Origin: Phyllosticta citribraziliensis | Taxonomy: Eukaryota | Direction: 5' to 3' | DNA length: 64,000 bases | Assembly (NCBI RefSeq): GCF_038025025.1 | Contig: NW_027117341.1 | Span: 2,046,001 to 2,110,000 of the forward strand | Shown here: piece by piece, positions 59,264 to 64,000 of the stretch | Numbering within the stretch: the stretch's first letter is position 1 | Layout of the letters: each line of letters opens with the position of its first letter | The notes under the pieces: model-generated | Database searches by the model: none | What the model was told of the DNA's origin: nothing | Seen by the model: the letters and a program-made list of their open reading frames with translations, nothing else | Translations under genes and position numbers: made by a program

Positions 59264-60660
59264 CTACAGCATTTCAATGTCGCCGTCCTCATTGCGGTCG
59301 TCAACCCAGACAACTGCCTTGCAAATAACGCGTTCCTGGTCGTACTCCTCGCCGTCACTGTCGCCACGCGCAACCACGTACGGACTCAGAACAACCCTGA
59401 TAGGTTTTCCGTTGCACTTCTCGTCTTCTTCATCGTCAAGCTTGTTGAGCCGATCGGCCTTGAAAAGGGTAGAGCGAACGTCGAATGCTTGACCCACGAG
59501 GTTGGCGCTAGGTATCCATTCGTAAGAGATCCTTTGGGTCGCCAAATGACAGCGAATCTGCGCAGCCTCTTCAATGATCTGGAGGAGCTTTTCCTGGTAT
59601 TTGTCCTTCTCTGGGCATTCGGGCTTGAGGAGCATCTTGGCGTCATTCCAGAATGCTTCACAAATGCTGATGAGAGTTTTTGTCGCAGCATCGGAACAGG
59701 TCAATGGCTCCTTGAAGGAAAACTCACTGAATCCAGTTTTGGAGAAAGAAGACCTCAGTAACTGCGTACGAAACGCATGGGCATCAAACGCATTTGCTGC
59801 GCACTTTGTAAGCAATTAATGTTGATCAAGCATTCTGACAGGGTGGGCTCACCTTTCAGAAGCAATTTGTACATGTCGTTCAGGCATCTTCCACCATTGG
59901 AGAGCTCGCCATTCTGCTGAAGCTGTGATAGCAGGAAGAATGGGTTGTCGAATATATGAAGGCGAACGTGTTCGCAAAGCCGATGTGCCAGAATCAGGAA
60001 AGGGTGGCGAAGCCTTTTGAGCGCTTCCGGATTGGAGAAGCCAGGGACATTACAGAGGATCCCATGCAGTTTTGGTGCGTTGGACTCACACAAACAGGAA
60101 ACGCTGGCCAAGTATGGGCCGCAGAATGTCTTTGCCCAGTAGCGAATCTTTCCGTGAAGTGCCTCGATTTGGTCGCGTACTTTGGTGTCCTCTTCTGCTG
60201 CCCAGCCGGATTGAGCCTGCTCGATCGCCTTGAGCTGGAAAGAGCGCAATTCTTGCGTAAGAGTTTCGATCTTGTTCTTCGCCTCTTCGAATTGTGCACT
60301 GAGCTGTTCACTTTGAATCGAAAAGTAGGTCACTTCTTTTTTCCAAAGTTCATTGCTCTTCGTCTTTTCGCTTAGCTGAGAGTTCAGCTTCGAATTCTCT
60401 CCCAAAGCCCCTTGCAACCGACTCGAATAGCTTGTGACTTGCTTCTTGCAACATCGAAGCTCTGTGTCCAAACGTTTGGATGTGTCGCGTTGTCGTTGGA
60501 GTTCGTCCTTGAGTTTTCCTATTTCTTCCTTCGCGGCGTCAACCTCCTTTCGCAAAAAACCATCTCCCTGGACGATCTGAGTCGGCGGAGGAAGATCTTC
60601 CTTGAGATTTTCCACATCCTTCTGGTCTTTAGAAGACGCGTCGGTTGCCCAGAACCTCAT
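59264..60660 (-). CDS. Coiled-coil partner protein P4 (446 aa from ATG 60660; upstream in-frame ATGs exist); exons 60660-59853, 59796-59264
   Basis: Coiled coil, WAAEEDTKV..IRYWAKTF, HPF..FDNPFF, GDSDGEEYDQERVICKAVVWV. Conserved intron 59797-59852. Length matches the paralogs. Confidence 0.85.
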
Positions 60661-61311
60661 CTTGGATGTTTTCTCTCCCCGTGAAAAAAGTTGTTCGACG
60701 GTTACGGAGAGAAGCCCCAGCCTTCCTGTGGAACAGAAGGAAAGTAAGCAGCGATGGTCGGGTCGATGTCGAAGTTCTGTGCCCATGGTATGTACAGAAT
60801 CACTCTGTCCCTTGTTGGGTCTCAGAACCATGGTAATGACCTGGCCATGAAGTTAGTGCAACGCAAAAGTGACCAAATTATACCCACAGAAAAGGGGCAC
60901 CCAGAAGGTTCCTGGTAACGATTTTGAGGCACGTTTCTAGAACAAGGAACATTAACGAGTCGAATCACGGTTCGATGGCGGAACCTTTTGTCCATGGTTA
61001 TGGTCTTTAAAAGTCTCCATGTGACGACTAACACCTTGTTTCCGCAGGATTCGACGACGCGCAAGCAAGCAAACAAACCAAGGATCATGGTTTCGCGCAA
61101 CGATTACTGTTGAGAAAGACGCGCCGCTCTAGCGCCGATTCCTTTCCCACATGTTCCCTTCGCGAACTTCCTAAAGACTTCTTAAGCTCCCACTTACGTC
61201 CATCCTGTGCCCATCCATCGCTTTCCCACCACCAGGGCTCCTAAAAAGACATATTCCACTCAGATTCTTCGATTCAATCCCACCCCAGCCTTTACGTCGC
61301 TGGGCTAGGAA

Positions 61312-63349
61312 ATGGTCAACACGGGTATTAGGATCGTTGTCGGCGTCGACTACGGAACGACATATTCTGGTAATATCCTGTAATGTCCTGTCGTGAGTCT
61401 CCATCTTTGCTAACTTGAGCTACACAGGCATCAGTTATGTCGCATCAAATGAGACAGATCCCGACAAAATTGAAGTTATTAACCAGTGGCCTGGCGCTCC
61501 TGGCGTTGTAGCCAAGGTCCCTACGCGCATTGCCTACGCCGTCGAGAACCCAAATCTGGGGACCGACAAATGGGGATTCGCAGTCTCATCTGGCTCCATT
61601 TCCTACACGTGGACAAAACTTTTGCTCGACGGAAGCGCCAATCACGCCGAATACGATGATCCTGCGTTGCAGGACCTCTTTGGCCAGGGAATGATGCAGC
61701 TTCCACCACACAGGACTGCAAAGCAGCTGTGCGCTGATTACCTGGCAGGTTTGTATGAGTATATGGTTGCCATACTCTGCAAGAAGTTTTCCAAGGAGGT
61801 GTATGAGATCACGCCCATTGACCTGTGGCTTACGGTTCCGGCCATCTGGAGCGACGCGGCGAAGGATTCCACGAGAATTGCAGCTGTTTTTGCTGGTTTT
61901 GGATCTCGCTCTTTTGATCGTATTCACATCATTTCCGAACCCGAAGCTGCAGCTCTCATGGCACTGAAGCCGCACCTCAGCTTGGATTCGCTCGATCCTA
62001 TCGATGCTGGCGAATCGATTCTCGTGTGCGACTGCGGCGGCGGAACCGTCGATATCACCACCTACCGCATCCTTTCCACACAACCAACTTTGTCATTTGA
62101 AGAGCTTGATGGCTGCGTTGGAATAGGAGCCAAATGCGGTTCGACCTATATCGACCGCAACTTCAACAGCTGGATGACTAGGACTTTTGGCAAAGCTTTC
62201 TTGTCCCTGTCGCCCAAGAGACGCGGGCCCAACAGCTCGTTCATGCGCTCGTTTGAAACCGCAAAAAGATCCTTTGGTTCCAAGCTGCTTGGCAACAACG
62301 ACCAAAAGTGGATCGAGATTGATCACATCAACATGGACGTACAAAATTCCAGCAACTACGACTACGATGAAGCCACTGTGAGAATTTCTTGGTAAGTACT
62401 CGGCTCTGGGCCGACCTTCTTTTGAGAATTAAGTGGTCGGTGCTTGTTTCCGTCAATGGCTCCTCTTGCATCACACGTCTCCTCCTCAGCGCTAATTCTA
62501 GGACAGGCATGAAATGAAATCCTTCTTCGACCCGGTTGTTCACGACATCATCGATCTTGTCAGCACTCAGGTTGACTCAGCCGCAAAAGCTGGCCACAAA
62601 ATCAACCGCATTGTTCTCGTGGGTGGTTTTGGCGACTCGGATTACCTCAACGAGCGGATGTCCATTTGGTGCTCTCAGCTTCCAGGCAACGTGAAGCTCA
62701 CATGTCCCCCTCAGTGCCAGGCAGCTGTCGTTCGTGGAGCTGCTCTCCGCGGTCTTGAAGGGATCCGCCCCGTTACAAGACTCGCACGCTGTCACTATGG
62801 ATATAGCGTCAATCAGGAATTCCGCCAAGGGATTGATCTCGAGTCGCACAGCTACTTCGACAGATTTGATGGCGCTAAGATGTGCAGGCATCGCGTCGAT
62901 TGGCGTTTTGCAAAGGCAAGGTTCAATCTGTCACTTGTGTGAGTTATTCACTAATGAAAGGATGTCAACAGGGCCAAAAGATTAAATCCAGCACAGTGGC
63001 AACTTTCAGTCTGACTACAAACGTCAAAAAGGACGAGATTCCCCAGTGCAGGATGACCCTTTACTCATGTTCGAACGACACACCACCAGAGTACAAGTAT
63101 TGCGATGCTGCTCGCGAGGTTGGAGAAATCAAAGTCAGATTTTCAAGCAACGACTTTGAAAAGGCCGAAAGGCGCTTCAACGAATCCACGAAAGAGGTCA
63201 TTTACCGTTTCCACTTTACAGTGAAAATGCATATGAACGCCGAAGAGGGCGTGTTAAAGTTCAGTACCTTTGCGTACGGCAAACCTGCAGGTGAGGCGAC
63301 CGTGAACTACCGAGAAATCGAGGCTGGCGTTCCTGTCCGCGACTCTTGA
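61312..63349 (+). CDS. HSPA12-like Hsp70 copy H4 (602 aa); exons 61312-61369, 61428-62391, 62507-62915, 62972-63349
   Basis: GVDYGTTYSG, TVPAIWSDAAK, EPEAAA, CDCGGGTVD, LVGGFGDS. Last intron is GC-AG (62916-62971). Confidence 0.92.
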
Positions 63350-64000
63350 GCGGCCTTGTCTCTTAGCCGGCATCCGCTTGTCCGGCGTGGCATTTCAAAT
63401 TTCCATACCTGCTTCCTGAGATTTTGAGCTTTTGAGCTCGTCCCGGTGGCGAAAGGGTGCACAACACAGTCGCAAATCAGGACCTCTCGCACTACGGCAG
63501 TTCCCTATTTTGATTTGGTTGCCTGGGACTTGCAATCGACAGAAGTTTGTTTGAGACGGAGAAGTAACGAAGAGGGGCTGAGATCCAGGTAGCTTCAATG
63601 AATTTTGCTTTCCACTACCCCTGAGCCGGTGACTTTTCCTTGAATGAAGCAGAAACCACGCAAGCCACTGCTTGGTTGCAGGATCGACCAGCCGAGCAGC
63701 CAGGCTTCAACTCGAGCTGACGTTTGGAGTCAGTGCAGCATTTCTTCCGTGCGGTCAACTCTGACTCACGAACTGAGATCTGATGTTGAAATAACACCGT
63801 CACTGGCCACTTCACGAATCTCTCCAACATTCTTCAGGTATTTTGCCAACGCCTCCCCTTCCGGTCCTCCTTTGACAGTGACATGAATTTCCCCGCCTCT
63901 TGTCTCCGGTGTCGCTTCTTTGCTCTCATTCACCACCGTCGCCTACTGATCGACCTACCCCTGAATCTTCCATTTCCAGTCCCCTTGGACGTAGAGGAAG

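Noticed and set aside
42057..62083. Antisense ORFs over the Hsp70 genes (e.g. 42057-42671, 56470-56934, 61586-62083)
   Set aside because: Shadow ORFs caused by codon bias; they are not maintained at the same extent among paralogs.
63770..64000. Minus-strand frame FLYVQGDWKWKIQG*VDQ*ATVVNESK.. as a fifth partner or gene relic
   Set aside because: Two stops and no match to the partner C-terminal motif; too short to call.

Overview
Intron-containing DNA from a filamentous ascomycete (Pezizomycotina, probably Dothideomycetes; inferred from gene content and short GT-AG introns with CTRAC branch sites). The left ~39 kb is a compact block of mostly conserved genes: CWC21 (5' end), CDC123, LAA1/HEATR5, TACO1-like, PET100, ECI1, a C2H2 transcription factor, ABZ1, an ITT1-like RBR ligase, MMTAG2-like, MED6, two unknown proteins sharing a YxPGRWA motif, Sld7-like, an amino-acid permease and mitochondrial LeuRS. 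It also holds a tRNA-shaped element whose anticodon loop is replaced by a ~110-nt hairpin. The right ~25 kb (39.4-63.3 kb) is the most notable part: four head-to-head gene pairs, each an atypical HSPA12-like Hsp70 (+ strand) and a ~450-aa coiled-coil protein (- strand) whose C-terminus resembles, by eye, the GrpE beta-domain. Both genes show the same ((1,2),(3,4)) relationship, so the pair is the duplicated unit. One Hsp70 copy has a single nonsense codon, three share a GC-AG intron, and a decayed ~160-bp repeat lies between pairs 2 and 3. All exon models and family calls were made by eye, without database searches.
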